A stretch of DNA of 20,000 bases from an uncultured virus (IMG/VR IMGVR_UViG_2860819427_000001). Taxonomy: Duplodnaviria > Heunggongvirae > Uroviricota > Caudoviricetes. The notes under the pieces are model-generated. The model saw only the letters and a list, made by a program, of their open reading frames with translations, made no database searches and was not told the DNA's origin. Where the stretch lies: positions 51,236-71,235 of IMG/VR virus record IMGVR_UViG_2860819427_000001; one strand, written 5' to 3'. Below are positions 8,895 through 17,355 of the stretch, in pieces; the stretch's first letter is position 1; every line of letters begins with the position of its first letter. The position numbers and the translations under genes are program-made.

Positions 8895-10295
8895 ATGTCT
8901 AGTCTAATTGTAAAGAATCTCGTTAATCAGGTCGAAGCCCTAACGGACTTCAGCGTGACGAAGAAAGATGAAATCGATAACGGTAGATCTTTAGACGTAT
9001 CAGTTATACAGACGGATCGGAACGCGCACTCCTTTCCGCTGATTCAGAATGAAGGCTCTCTTTTTTATGAAGACGAGGAATTTATCATCAGAAAGACGCG
9101 TTATGTACCGATCGGTGGCAAGAGACTAAAGGTCGACATTACGGCCTTGCACCGATCATTTTCAGATCTCGGAGAGAATTACGTGTACGAGACTTCGGGA
9201 AAAAAGAAAAAACTTTACCTCGAAGATATGCTGGATATCGCATTAAAAGGTTCTGGATATTCCTACGAGGTTGTACCGGATGGGCTCGGTGATTCGTTTG
9301 AAGTAGAGGACTTTGGGAACGGGTACTCACTCGGTCTGTTAAACGATATAAAGGAAAAATACACGGCTGAATATGAGTGTATTGGAAAGAAAGTATATTT
9401 CGCGAAGGAGATAGCGAGAGATACGGACTATGTTATTCGCGACCGAGTAAATGTAAAAGATCCAACGCAAGAGATTGACACTTCTTCTATCAAAACGTTT
9501 ATCAAGGGCTTCGGAAAGAAGGACGACAAGACAGGGAAATATGCGGTTGAAGCTGAATACAAAAGCCCTTTGGCTGCAATCTACGGAATTAAACACGCAA
9601 ATCCGATATTCGACGATTCTTACACGGCGAAGGACGAGGGGAAACTTGAACAGCGACTAGAGAAGGAACTGACCGATAAGATCGAAATATCTATCAGTTT
9701 GACATATGTAGAAGTCGAAGCTTTGAAAATGCAAGACATCCGAAAAGGTGATTACGTATGGTGTGTATTAGAGCCATTTGATTTACGCACCAAACTTCGC
9801 GTTGTCAGTGTCGAATCTTACTCCGATCCGAATAAACCGTCTGTTTTTACTTTCGGAAAATTGCGGCCGAATATCAGTAAAACTGTCGCAAAGCTTGGTC
9901 GTACGCAGAGCACGCTCTCCAAACTTATCGACACGTCGACCGGAAAGGTGAAAGGCAGCGCCATAAGCGGAAACATAACTATCGGAAAAGACGCGATTTA
10001 CGAAGACGGGTATGATCCGACAAAGCTGTCGATTCCTACGTACGGCCGGGCAAACGCAACAACGGACGGTCTTATGAGCTCATCGGACTATGTGAAGCTG
10101 GCGAGTATCGTATTGGGGCCCGACGGCCAAGTTTCTGTCTCGCTGGCTACCGAAACAACGGACGGCTTGATGAGCGCAGCCGACTTCGCAAAGCTGAAGC
10201 GCATCAAGGTCGGTACGGCTACGGTGGATATATCGACACTTTCGCAACAGCTCGAATCTATAAACAAGCGCCTGACTGCGCTGGAGAATAAATAA
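8895..10295 (+). CDS. Tal-like tail tip/baseplate hub protein (prophage tail 'endopeptidase' family)
   Basis: Follows Dit; motifs TFIKGFGK and YKSPLAAIYGIKHA; C-terminal ATTDGLMS repeats and coiled coil. Confidence 0.8.
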   Translation: MSSLIVKNLVNQVEALTDFSVTKKDEIDNGRSLDVSVIQTDRNAHSFPLIQNEGSLFYEDEEFIIRKTRYVPIGGKRLKVDITALHRSFSDLGENYVYETSGKKKKLYLEDMLDIALKGSGYSYEVVPDGLGDSFEVEDFGNGYSLGLLNDIKEKYTAEYECIGKKVYFAKEIARDTDYVIRDRVNVKDPTQEIDTSSIKTFIKGFGKKDDKTGKYAVEAEYKSPLAAIYGIKHANPIFDDSYTAKDEGKLEQRLEKELTDKIEISISLTYVEVEALKMQDIRKGDYVWCVLEPFDLRTKLRVVSVESYSDPNKPSVFTFGKLRPNISKTVAKLGRTQSTLSKLIDTSTGKVKGSAISGNITIGKDAIYEDGYDPTKLSIPTYGRANATTDGLMSSSDYVKLASIVLGPDGQVSVSLATETTDGLMSAADFAKLKRIKVGTATVDISTLSQQLESINKRLTALENK

Positions 10296-10309
10296 CGAGG
10301 AGGAATACA

Positions 10310-12874
10310 ATGCCGAAATTTCCGTACAGAAAGGCCGGGGCGGCGTGGGACCGTGTTTTTCGTAACGACCACAACCAAAACCTCGATGACATTGCGGACG
10401 ATATTAAAGGATCGTATACGGAATTGGCCGCACATAAGAACGCGAAAACCGCCCACACGTCGGAGCAAATCGACCATGGAGGTTTTTCTTTGCGCACATA
10501 TATCGACGGCCTGTATAACCGTATCAGAAATCTTATCCTTAACGCGGATGGCACAAACGTAAAAGAGGTCGTTGACGCTCGTGTAGACGCGGAAGGAAAC
10601 ATCGCGCCGTTATTGAAAGAGCGGCTCGACAGAGAGTATAACAAGCTTTTACGCAAAATTGAGCGAGATGTAAACGTTGACGACTACGGAGCCGATCCGA
10701 CAGGCGTTAACGATAGTACAGAAGCGTTTAAAAAGGCAATCGGGAACGGTAAGGTGCGGCTAAATCTATCGGCAGGTACGTATATCGTTAAAGGCATCAA
10801 GTTGCCGTCATGGACGTATTTGATCGGCCAAGGCATGGGCGTTACTACGCTGAAGCTTCATGAAGATACGCCGGCGAGCGAGTGGGTCATCATTAACGCA
10901 GACCCGGCATCCGGCAACCGGAATATCGTAGTCCAAGGAATGTCCCTCGACTGGAATCCGGATCGTCAAGGCGGCGTTAGTTCTACCGGCGGAATTCATT
11001 CAAGCTGCTTAACTTTTGCGCAAGTGAAGTTCGGTATCGTACGGGAAGTCGAAGGCATTAATCCGGGACTCCACTGTTTCGACGTATCGGCCCCTTCCTA
11101 CGATATTACTGCGAAGGATTATACCGCAACAGGTAGTAAGTACGTCTGGATCGATCGATGCGTCGGCTATGGATACGGTGATGACGGGATCACTACGCAC
11201 TACAGCGAATACATCTTCATCACTAATAACGTAATGACAAACCCGCGCGGCACAGCCCATCGTAAGGGTGCCGCCAATTCGAACGGTATCGAGGTCGATG
11301 ACGGTTCTAAACACGTATGGCTTCTCGATAACTACACCGAGGGGAACGTCCGTGGGGTAGAAGTAAAGGCACACACGGAATGGCCGGCGCCTTGTAATGT
11401 TCATATTCGCGGGCACGAATCTTTTCGGGATGTACGTTCATTCGACTTGCGGCATATAGGACACCACTTAGCGACTGATCCGTGGAGCGAGACGGCAAGG
11501 GACGTAACGCTGATCGACTGTACTTCACGAGAGCCGATATACAATTCGCTTTATGAAGGGCTGGAGCCGAAAGCGTTAGTTGTCTCGGCATACCAACGCG
11601 TGAAGATAATCGGTTTTACTGCGATCGGTGATCCTACGTATGACTACAAAGGAAAATCGGTGATTGCCTTTCAATACAAAAGTCGGAAGATAACCGTAAC
11701 TGGTCTGCAAATTTCCGGTTTTGAAAAGGCCGGCTATGATATCAACATTACCGGAGGCGACCAGCGCACAGATGACGTCTCCATTTCCAATTTCGTCATA
11801 CATGATTCAGCGCAGAATGGCATCGAGATCGGAGGCGGGGTCTATAACGTAAACTTGGAAAACGGACTTCTTCACGTAGCAAGTGGCACGGCCGGCATCA
11901 CATCGCCAAATACGCAAACAAATATCTTAATGGTCCGGGCGTATGGTTATGAGAGCGCGGCAGTCCTCGGAGGCCAGAAACATAAGGTCGTCCCTAACAA
12001 CGTAAAAGGCGGTTTCCGTGCTGCTTCTACGTCGGGTCACGTTTTAGACAAAACAAGTGCGGTGATTGCGACCACGGGCGGATGTACAACGAAAGGACCT
12101 AGAAACGTCGTTCTAGGCGCCAGTGGTGGCTCATCCACAACAGCTTCGCGTCAAGCGGTTATAGCGTCAAACAATTCACATACAAAAGGTGACGGGCCGT
12201 CGAGGGTCGTACTCGCTGCCAACGGGGTTATCAACGATAACGGATATAGCGTCAGAGGGGGATACGGAAGCGGAAGCGCCTCGACCGGAAATACGAAATG
12301 GGAACTCGATTCAACTGGCGGACATATTCGTGGTACAGGGCGGGTAGAAAGCGTCTCAGATTTCAAAGACTTCGCGGAGTATTTCGAATCTGCTGACGGT
12401 CAGAAAATCGATTCAAGCTATCTGGTTGCGTTAGAAGGCGATAAGATACGAAAAGCAGGCGAAGGAGATAAGATACTCGGAGTTGTTTCGGAAACGGCCG
12501 GCTTGGTACTCGGAGGCGCAGCGTTCTATTGGAACGATCAGTTCGAAAGGAACGAATTCGGCGGCTTGGTTTACGAAACGGTTATCGATGGCGGCGAAGA
12601 GTTAAGCGTTCCAAAATTAAACCCCGACTATGATCCGACTCTTGAATACGTGCCGCGCGACTCTCGGGACGAATGGCATGTCATAGGCCTGATCGGTCAA
12701 GTCTTTGTCAGAATTGACGAAACAGTGTCCGTAGGAGATAGCGTATCAGCAATCGAAGGCATCGCAACCAAGGCGGAAAGCGACGGCTATGGGACTGTTA
12801 TGAGAATCAAATCCCCGTATGATGCGGAAAAAGGCTACGGTGTAGCGCAAATGATCGTTACGCCACAGCACTAA
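10310..12874 (+). CDS. Pre-neck appendage/tail spike (phi29 gp12 / SPbeta YomE-like): pectin-lyase beta-helix plus peptidase G2 autocleaving chaperone
   Basis: VNVDDYGADPTGVNDSTEAF, GDDGITTH and NSNGIEVDDGS; C-terminal DFAEYFES and EWHVIGLIGQV. Confidence 0.85.
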   Translation: MPKFPYRKAGAAWDRVFRNDHNQNLDDIADDIKGSYTELAAHKNAKTAHTSEQIDHGGFSLRTYIDGLYNRIRNLILNADGTNVKEVVDARVDAEGNIAPLLKERLDREYNKLLRKIERDVNVDDYGADPTGVNDSTEAFKKAIGNGKVRLNLSAGTYIVKGIKLPSWTYLIGQGMGVTTLKLHEDTPASEWVIINADPASGNRNIVVQGMSLDWNPDRQGGVSSTGGIHSSCLTFAQVKFGIVREVEGINPGLHCFDVSAPSYDITAKDYTATGSKYVWIDRCVGYGYGDDGITTHYSEYIFITNNVMTNPRGTAHRKGAANSNGIEVDDGSKHVWLLDNYTEGNVRGVEVKAHTEWPAPCNVHIRGHESFRDVRSFDLRHIGHHLATDPWSETARDVTLIDCTSREPIYNSLYEGLEPKALVVSAYQRVKIIGFTAIGDPTYDYKGKSVIAFQYKSRKITVTGLQISGFEKAGYDINITGGDQRTDDVSISNFVIHDSAQNGIEIGGGVYNVNLENGLLHVASGTAGITSPNTQTNILMVRAYGYESAAVLGGQKHKVVPNNVKGGFRAASTSGHVLDKTSAVIATTGGCTTKGPRNVVLGASGGSSTTASRQAVIASNNSHTKGDGPSRVVLAANGVINDNGYSVRGGYGSGSASTGNTKWELDSTGGHIRGTGRVESVSDFKDFAEYFESADGQKIDSSYLVALEGDKIRKAGEGDKILGVVSETAGLVLGGAAFYWNDQFERNEFGGLVYETVIDGGEELSVPKLNPDYDPTLEYVPRDSRDEWHVIGLIGQVFVRIDETVSVGDSVSAIEGIATKAESDGYGTVMRIKSPYDAEKGYGVAQMIVTPQH

Positions 12875-12886
12875 GGAGGTTTTGTA

Positions 12887-14470
12887 GTGATATACAATAA
12901 CGCATCACTTGCGTTTGAGGTGACGAGTCGGACAAAAACGAATATAAAAACCGCAATACAGTTCAGTACGCAGGATATCGATACGGCGCGTTTGATCTTC
13001 TCGTTAACAAAGGATGGCGTCCCGTTGCCGTTGTCTGCTGTTACCGGGAAGCTTGTCATGTTCATGGCGGACGGCAGCCGGTTTATAAGAAGCGTAGAGA
13101 TCACGGATAAAGTCGAAGGGGTTGCGCAGTACGTTCTGTCAGCCGAAGAGATCCGACACAGTGGCGATGTGCAGGCGGAACTTTATCTGTATTACGCGAA
13201 TAAGCAGGCCCTTTCCATCCATAAATTTTCGTTTACCGTCGACAAGGCGCTAATTGATACGGACATCGTACCGTTAGCTGAATATTACGTCGATGACTTT
13301 GAAGAGCTGCGCCAGCAAATCAACGACTTATACGACGAAGTGGTCGAAACAGTCGAAGAGCTGCGCAAGAAATTCGAAGACCTTGAAAATATTGAAACGA
13401 AAGAAGGAGCGCAAGCAAAAGCCGATACTGCGGAAAAGAATGCGAAGTCCTATACGGACACTCATACGAAAAGGACGGACAATCCACATAGCGTAACGAA
13501 ATCGCAAATTGGTTTGGGAAACGTTGAGAATGTGAAGCAGGAGACGCCGGACGGTGCGCAGGCAAAAGCCGACAAGGCCTTAACGGACAGCAAAACGTAC
13601 ACAGACGAACACACAGGTCGGACTGATAATCCGCACTCAGTGACGAAGGATCAAATCGGACTTAGTAACGTCGACAACGTTAAACAGGCGCCACTTGATC
13701 AATTCCGGGCCCACGATTCGAACGGCATCCGCCATACATCGCAGGCTGAGAAGGACAAGTGGAACGGATCGCAGTTGTTTAAATTGACGCAGGATACCGG
13801 CGCGGCACAGTACATGACAGGCATCGATTTTAATACGGTGACGGATACCGGCTTCTATTACATGAGCGGCGCAACGACGGCATTAAACGCGCCGGTGAAT
13901 AACAACGGATATCTTATCGTTAATAACTACAGCACATACGCGTATCAGGAATACACGTCCTATAGCAGTAACGACTCCACGTCTTCGGGCCGGCGGAAAT
14001 TTATGCGTAATAAGGTCGCGAGCTCAGATTCATGGACGTCGTGGCGAGAGCTCGAATCGGTAGAAGGAGCGCAATCAAAGGTAGATGCCCACGCCAACAG
14101 AACGGACATTCACGTTGTACAGGCGGATAAAGATAAGTGGAATAGTCCGTGGGTCGCGACGTGGAATAACGTTACTTTGATTAACGGAGCGCAGCAAAAC
14201 ACCGGCTATCCGTTCAAGTTTTCAGTAGCGAATAACGAAATTAAACTGCGAGGCACGTTCGGCTCGCTACCGGCCGCCGGTACGACGGTAGCGAAGTTCA
14301 CGTATAAGCCGACGCAGCTCGTAGATTTCGTCGTTCCTACGATTGGCTCTTACGGGACGGCCCGGTTCGCCTTTACGACGGACGGAGAATTACGATTCGA
14401 TGGTCTTTCCGCAACCGACTCGGCGAGCGTTACGCGTGTGTCCTTTAATATCGGTATTCCACTATGGTAA
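12887..14470 (+). CDS. BppU-family upper baseplate / tail fibre receptor-binding protein
   Basis: N-terminal FSTQDIDTARLIF (BppU_N/DUF2479-like); NPHSVTKxQIGLxNVxN repeats; knob-like DFNTVTDTGFYY; beta-rich C-terminal head. Confidence 0.8.
   Translation: MIYNNASLAFEVTSRTKTNIKTAIQFSTQDIDTARLIFSLTKDGVPLPLSAVTGKLVMFMADGSRFIRSVEITDKVEGVAQYVLSAEEIRHSGDVQAELYLYYANKQALSIHKFSFTVDKALIDTDIVPLAEYYVDDFEELRQQINDLYDEVVETVEELRKKFEDLENIETKEGAQAKADTAEKNAKSYTDTHTKRTDNPHSVTKSQIGLGNVENVKQETPDGAQAKADKALTDSKTYTDEHTGRTDNPHSVTKDQIGLSNVDNVKQAPLDQFRAHDSNGIRHTSQAEKDKWNGSQLFKLTQDTGAAQYMTGIDFNTVTDTGFYYMSGATTALNAPVNNNGYLIVNNYSTYAYQEYTSYSSNDSTSSGRRKFMRNKVASSDSWTSWRELESVEGAQSKVDAHANRTDIHVVQADKDKWNSPWVATWNNVTLINGAQQNTGYPFKFSVANNEIKLRGTFGSLPAAGTTVAKFTYKPTQLVDFVVPTIGSYGTARFAFTTDGELRFDGLSATDSASVTRVSFNIGIPLW
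13394..13687 (+). repeat. Two tandem 147-bp (49 aa) repeats in the fibre shaft
   Basis: ETKEGAQAKAD...NPHSVTKSQIGLGNVENVKQ and ETPDGAQAKAD...NPHSVTKDQIGLSNVDNVKQ. Confidence 0.85.
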
Positions 14471-14484
14471 AGGAGGAAATCAGA

Positions 14485-14754
14485 ATGCACGTTTTATACT
14501 ACGACAAAAATTTCGACTATGCCGGCGAAGAAGATATCGATGTAGAAGTGCTGCCACCAAACAGTACGGACGTATTGCCCGATCCGTCGATCATCTCGCC
14601 GCGATTCGATAAGAAGAAAAACGTATGGGTCGAGGCGGCGACGGAGGAGTACAAAGAGAGCATTAAGCCTGATCCGCCGGCTCCGAATGAAATCGAGAAT
14701 CTTCAGAAGCAGATAGCGGATTTATATTATCTTATCGCGACAGGAGGAAACTAA
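14485..14754 (+). CDS. Small tail fibre-associated protein (XkdW/YomQ-like position)
   Basis: RBS AAGGAGG places the start at ATG 14485; PRFD...W motif and C-terminal coil; precedes XkdX. Confidence 0.65.
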   Translation: MHVLYYDKNFDYAGEEDIDVEVLPPNSTDVLPDPSIISPRFDKKKNVWVEAATEEYKESIKPDPPAPNEIENLQKQIADLYYLIATGGN

Positions 14755-14943
14755 ATGACTTGGTATCTCCGTATCAAAAATCTTTATGACGCCGGCCTTT
14801 GGACGAAAAAGCAAGTTCACGATACTGTCGGAGCCGGTCGGATAACGCCGGAAGAATACGAAAAAATCACCGGAGATGTTTACGATCCCAACAAACCTCC
14901 TATCGAAGAACCTTCGGAAGAAACAGGCGGACAGGAGGCGTAG
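14755..14943 (+). CDS. XkdX family protein
   Basis: IKNLYDAGLWTKKQV...GRITPEEYEKITG. Confidence 0.85.
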   Translation: MTWYLRIKNLYDAGLWTKKQVHDTVGAGRITPEEYEKITGDVYDPNKPPIEEPSEETGGQEA

Positions 14944-14946
14944 TTA

Positions 14947-15156
14947 TTGAACGGCGGCGAATTAGACGTACTCAAATATTTTTTAACGCAGGGACCGTTC
15001 GCGGTCCTTTTTACGTGGCTGCTGATTTACGTAATGAAATCGAATAGGGAGCGCGAATCGCGGCTACAGGACTTACTCGATAAATTTAGCGATAAGTATG
15101 ACGTCATCATCGACAAGATCGATAGACTCGAAGAGAAATTCCGCGGAAGAGACTAA
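14947..15156 (+). CDS. bhlA: BhlA/UviB family holin-like protein
   Basis: FLTQGPFAVLFTWLLIYVMKSNRERESRLQ; single TM helix plus coiled coil. Confidence 0.85.
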   Translation: MNGGELDVLKYFLTQGPFAVLFTWLLIYVMKSNRERESRLQDLLDKFSDKYDVIIDKIDRLEEKFRGRD

Positions 15157-15173
15157 CTGAATAAACGCAACAC

Positions 15174-15206
15174 GCCCGTCAGGTGAGAGTCCCGGCGGGC
15201 TTTTTT
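15174..15206 (+). terminator. Intrinsic terminator-like hairpin between bhlA and endolysin
   Basis: GCCCGTC-AGGTGAGAGTCCC-GGCGGGC-TTTTTT. Confidence 0.7.
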
Positions 15207-15235
15207 AATTCAAAAAACGAAAAGGGGACGATTTA

Positions 15236-16174
15236 ATGGCGATTTCAGTACGTAAGAACTTAGTGGCTGCGAGTAAGTATTCGATTAAGTGTCCGAATTC
15301 AATGGACGCGCAGTATATTACGTTTCATAATACGGCCAACGATGCTTCAGCGGATGCAGAGATCCGATATATGATCGGAAACAACAACGAAGTGTCTTAC
15401 CATTTCGCAGTAGACGATAAGGAAGTCGTGCAGGGAATTCCGACAGACCGTAACGCATGGCATACCGGAGATGGAAACGGCGCAAATTCCGGAAACCGGA
15501 CGTCTATTGGCGTCGAGGTTTGTTACTCGAAATCCGGTGGTGCTAAGTACGAAGCTGCCGAAAAACTGGCGATTAAATTTATCGCGCAATTGCTGAAGGA
15601 ACGCGGATGGGGCATCGATCGTTTACGAAAACACCAAGACTGGTCCGGTAAATACTGCCCGCATCGTGTGTTAGCGGAAGGACGATGGGAATCCGTCAAA
15701 GCGGCGATCGCTTCGGAACTCAAAGCACTCGGCGGCAAGTCTTCCGCAAGCAAGCCGGCCAAGACGTCCGGATCGACATACACCGTTAAGAAAGGCGACA
15801 CTTTGTCCGAAATTGCGGTGAAAACAGGCGTCAGTATGGCGAAGTTACAAGCATATAATGGGATTAAGAATGCGAATAAGATTTCGGTCGGCCAAGTGTT
15901 GAAGCTGACGGGATCGTCCGGCTCTTCTAAGCCGTCATCCAGCGGTAAGAAATACGTTTACCTTCCGGCTTCAGCGGATTCATGGCGCATCTATCCGACC
16001 AATAAAGCGCCGGTCAAAGGCAACGAATGCGGCTTATTGCGTCCTAAGAAATTCGGCGGCCTGAAATACGAGGTTCTCGGTAATCCGCAGACCGACGTGT
16101 ACACGATCAAGACGGATCAGTTCGGAAAGGTAAACCTCTATGCCGCGAAGTCCACAGGCGCAACGGTAAAATAA
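15236..16174 (+). CDS. cwlA: Endolysin, N-acetylmuramoyl-L-alanine amidase (Amidase_2, CwlA/XlyA-like) with LysM and a C-terminal cell-wall binding domain
   Basis: HNTANDASA, HFAVDD, AWHTGDG and HQDWSGKYCPH; LysM motif YTVKKGDTLSEIA. Confidence 0.92.
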   Translation: MAISVRKNLVAASKYSIKCPNSMDAQYITFHNTANDASADAEIRYMIGNNNEVSYHFAVDDKEVVQGIPTDRNAWHTGDGNGANSGNRTSIGVEVCYSKSGGAKYEAAEKLAIKFIAQLLKERGWGIDRLRKHQDWSGKYCPHRVLAEGRWESVKAAIASELKALGGKSSASKPAKTSGSTYTVKKGDTLSEIAVKTGVSMAKLQAYNGIKNANKISVGQVLKLTGSSGSSKPSSSGKKYVYLPASADSWRIYPTNKAPVKGNECGLLRPKKFGGLKYEVLGNPQTDVYTIKTDQFGKVNLYAAKSTGATVK

Positions 16175-16195
16175 ACGAAAAGGGAGACGATAATT

Positions 16196-16453
16196 ATGGA
16201 AGAAGTATTAATTTTCGCGACTATCCTCGCGCCCATCTTAACGGCGCTTGTTCAACTCGTTAAGAAAACGGTTAAGCTGCCGACGAATATCGTACCGGCT
16301 CTCAGTTTCGTCATCGGTATCTTATTGGGCGCGATTGCTTATCCGTTTACCGAGCTCGACTTGGTGCTGCGTTTGTGGGCCGGCGGCTTTGCGGGTCTGG
16401 CAGCGACAGGTCTTTTCGAAATCGGAACAAAACGAGAGGGAACTACGAAATAA
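16196..16453 (+). CDS. Holin (three TM helices, Hol44-like)
   Basis: 85 aa hydrophobic protein directly after the endolysin; GGFAGLAATGLFE motif. Confidence 0.85.
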   Translation: MEEVLIFATILAPILTALVQLVKKTVKLPTNIVPALSFVIGILLGAIAYPFTELDLVLRLWAGGFAGLAATGLFEIGTKREGTTK

Positions 16454-16521
16454 AATAACGGAACTTTTTGCGGGCGCTTGCGTATGAATACGTAGGTGCT
16501 CGCGTACATAACGAACAGGTA

Positions 16522-16551
16522 TTGCGGAAAAAGATGGTCGGATAGTATAAT
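16522..16551 (+). promoter_or_regulatory. Putative sigma-A promoter of moron gene
   Basis: TTGCGG-N18-TATAAT, then RBS GGGGAGG. Confidence 0.55.
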
Positions 16552-16579
16552 TTAACTACGAATAGGGGAGGCGTGGAAT

Positions 16580-16945
16580 TTGGAGAAGATTACTGTTAAG
16601 GTGCTTATGTATTTGAGCGTCATTTGTGTAGTAGCCGGAATTATTGCGGGGTTTGTAGTATACGATAAGGACGTAGCAGAAGATGCAAAAACGAGTAAAA
16701 AGGTAAGCGAAGAACTATACGATAATTCTGTCGCTCAAGCGCAATATAAAACGGACAAAGCACTTGCGAACAGTATGCAGTCTTCCGTATTCTTTAGCGT
16801 CTTGGCCGGCGTAGTATCCGGCGCTGTTCTTTTCGGACTCGCAATTATTATTCGAATCTTAGATGAAGCGAATAGTAGAGCGCATGAATCAGCGAGTGAT
16901 CTACGATTAATAAAAAACGATATTCGCGAGCAAACTGCGAAATAA
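16580..16945 (+). CDS. Two-TM membrane protein (moron), unknown function
   Basis: 121 aa with two hydrophobic helices around a charged loop; own promoter and terminator. Confidence 0.8.
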   Translation: MEKITVKVLMYLSVICVVAGIIAGFVVYDKDVAEDAKTSKKVSEELYDNSVAQAQYKTDKALANSMQSSVFFSVLAGVVSGAVLFGLAIIIRILDEANSRAHESASDLRLIKNDIREQTAK

Positions 16946-16951
16946 TAAACA

Positions 16952-16982
16952 GCCCCGTCCTTAACCGGATGGGGCATTTTTT
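16952..16982 (+). terminator. Terminator between convergent moron and yolD
   Basis: GCCCCGTCC-TTAACC-GGATGGGGC-ATTTTTT. Confidence 0.75.
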
Positions 16983-17296
16983 ACGTTTATGATATCCGCA
17001 AACCTCACAAAATTAGTGTCGCCCTTGGCGTCCTTCACACGAAATTCCTTCCGTATATGATCCACGTAATGAACTGCGCCGATTACTTCGCGTATGTATC
17101 CGTCGTCGTAAAGCTCGAACGACAAATCTGCGCCTACCTCCATCGATTGCGCGACCGTCACTTCCATATCCTCGATCTGCTGTGCGTCCAGTTGCGGCTT
17201 CTCCGCTTTAAGCTTCGCCACAGCCAGTTGCTGAAACCCTTCGCGTAATTCCGGCAAAATAAAACTCGAAGCCCACAGTTTGTTATCGCTAGTCAT
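16961..17296 (-). CDS. yolD: YolD-like family protein
   Basis: NKLWASSFILPELRE...KPQLDAQQIEDME...YDDG...G.V...D; RBS GGAGGTG favours ATG at 17296. Confidence 0.85.
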   Translation of the reverse strand: MTSDNKLWASSFILPELREGFQQLAVAKLKAEKPQLDAQQIEDMEVTVAQSMEVGADLSFELYDDGYIREVIGAVHYVDHIRKEFRVKDAKGDTNFVRFADIINVKNAPSG

Positions 17297-17315
17297 GCCG
17301 AACACCTCCGGCTTT

Positions 17316-17345
17316 ATTATATGCGAATGCGTGTTCGGTTATCAA
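17316..17345 (-). promoter_or_regulatory. Sigma-A promoter with LexA (SOS) box for yolD
   Basis: Minus strand TTGATA-N18-TATAAT; CGAACACGCATTCG (17324-17337) lies in the spacer, one mismatch to the Bacillus consensus CGAACRNRYGTTCG. Confidence 0.75.
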
Positions 17346-17355
17346 TCGGAAATAT

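Noticed and set aside
12887..14470. Diversity-generating retroelement target in the fibre gene
   Set aside because: No reverse transcriptase and no adenine-variant template repeat visible; the repeats are ordinary diverged coding repeats
320..15801. Numerous minus-strand and alternate-frame ORFs overlapping structural genes
   Set aside because: Shadow ORFs of well-supported genes, with no recognisable motifs or RBS
16512..16525. Possible LexA box CGAACAGGTATTGC at the moron promoter
   Set aside because: Only one good half-site; three mismatches to the consensus
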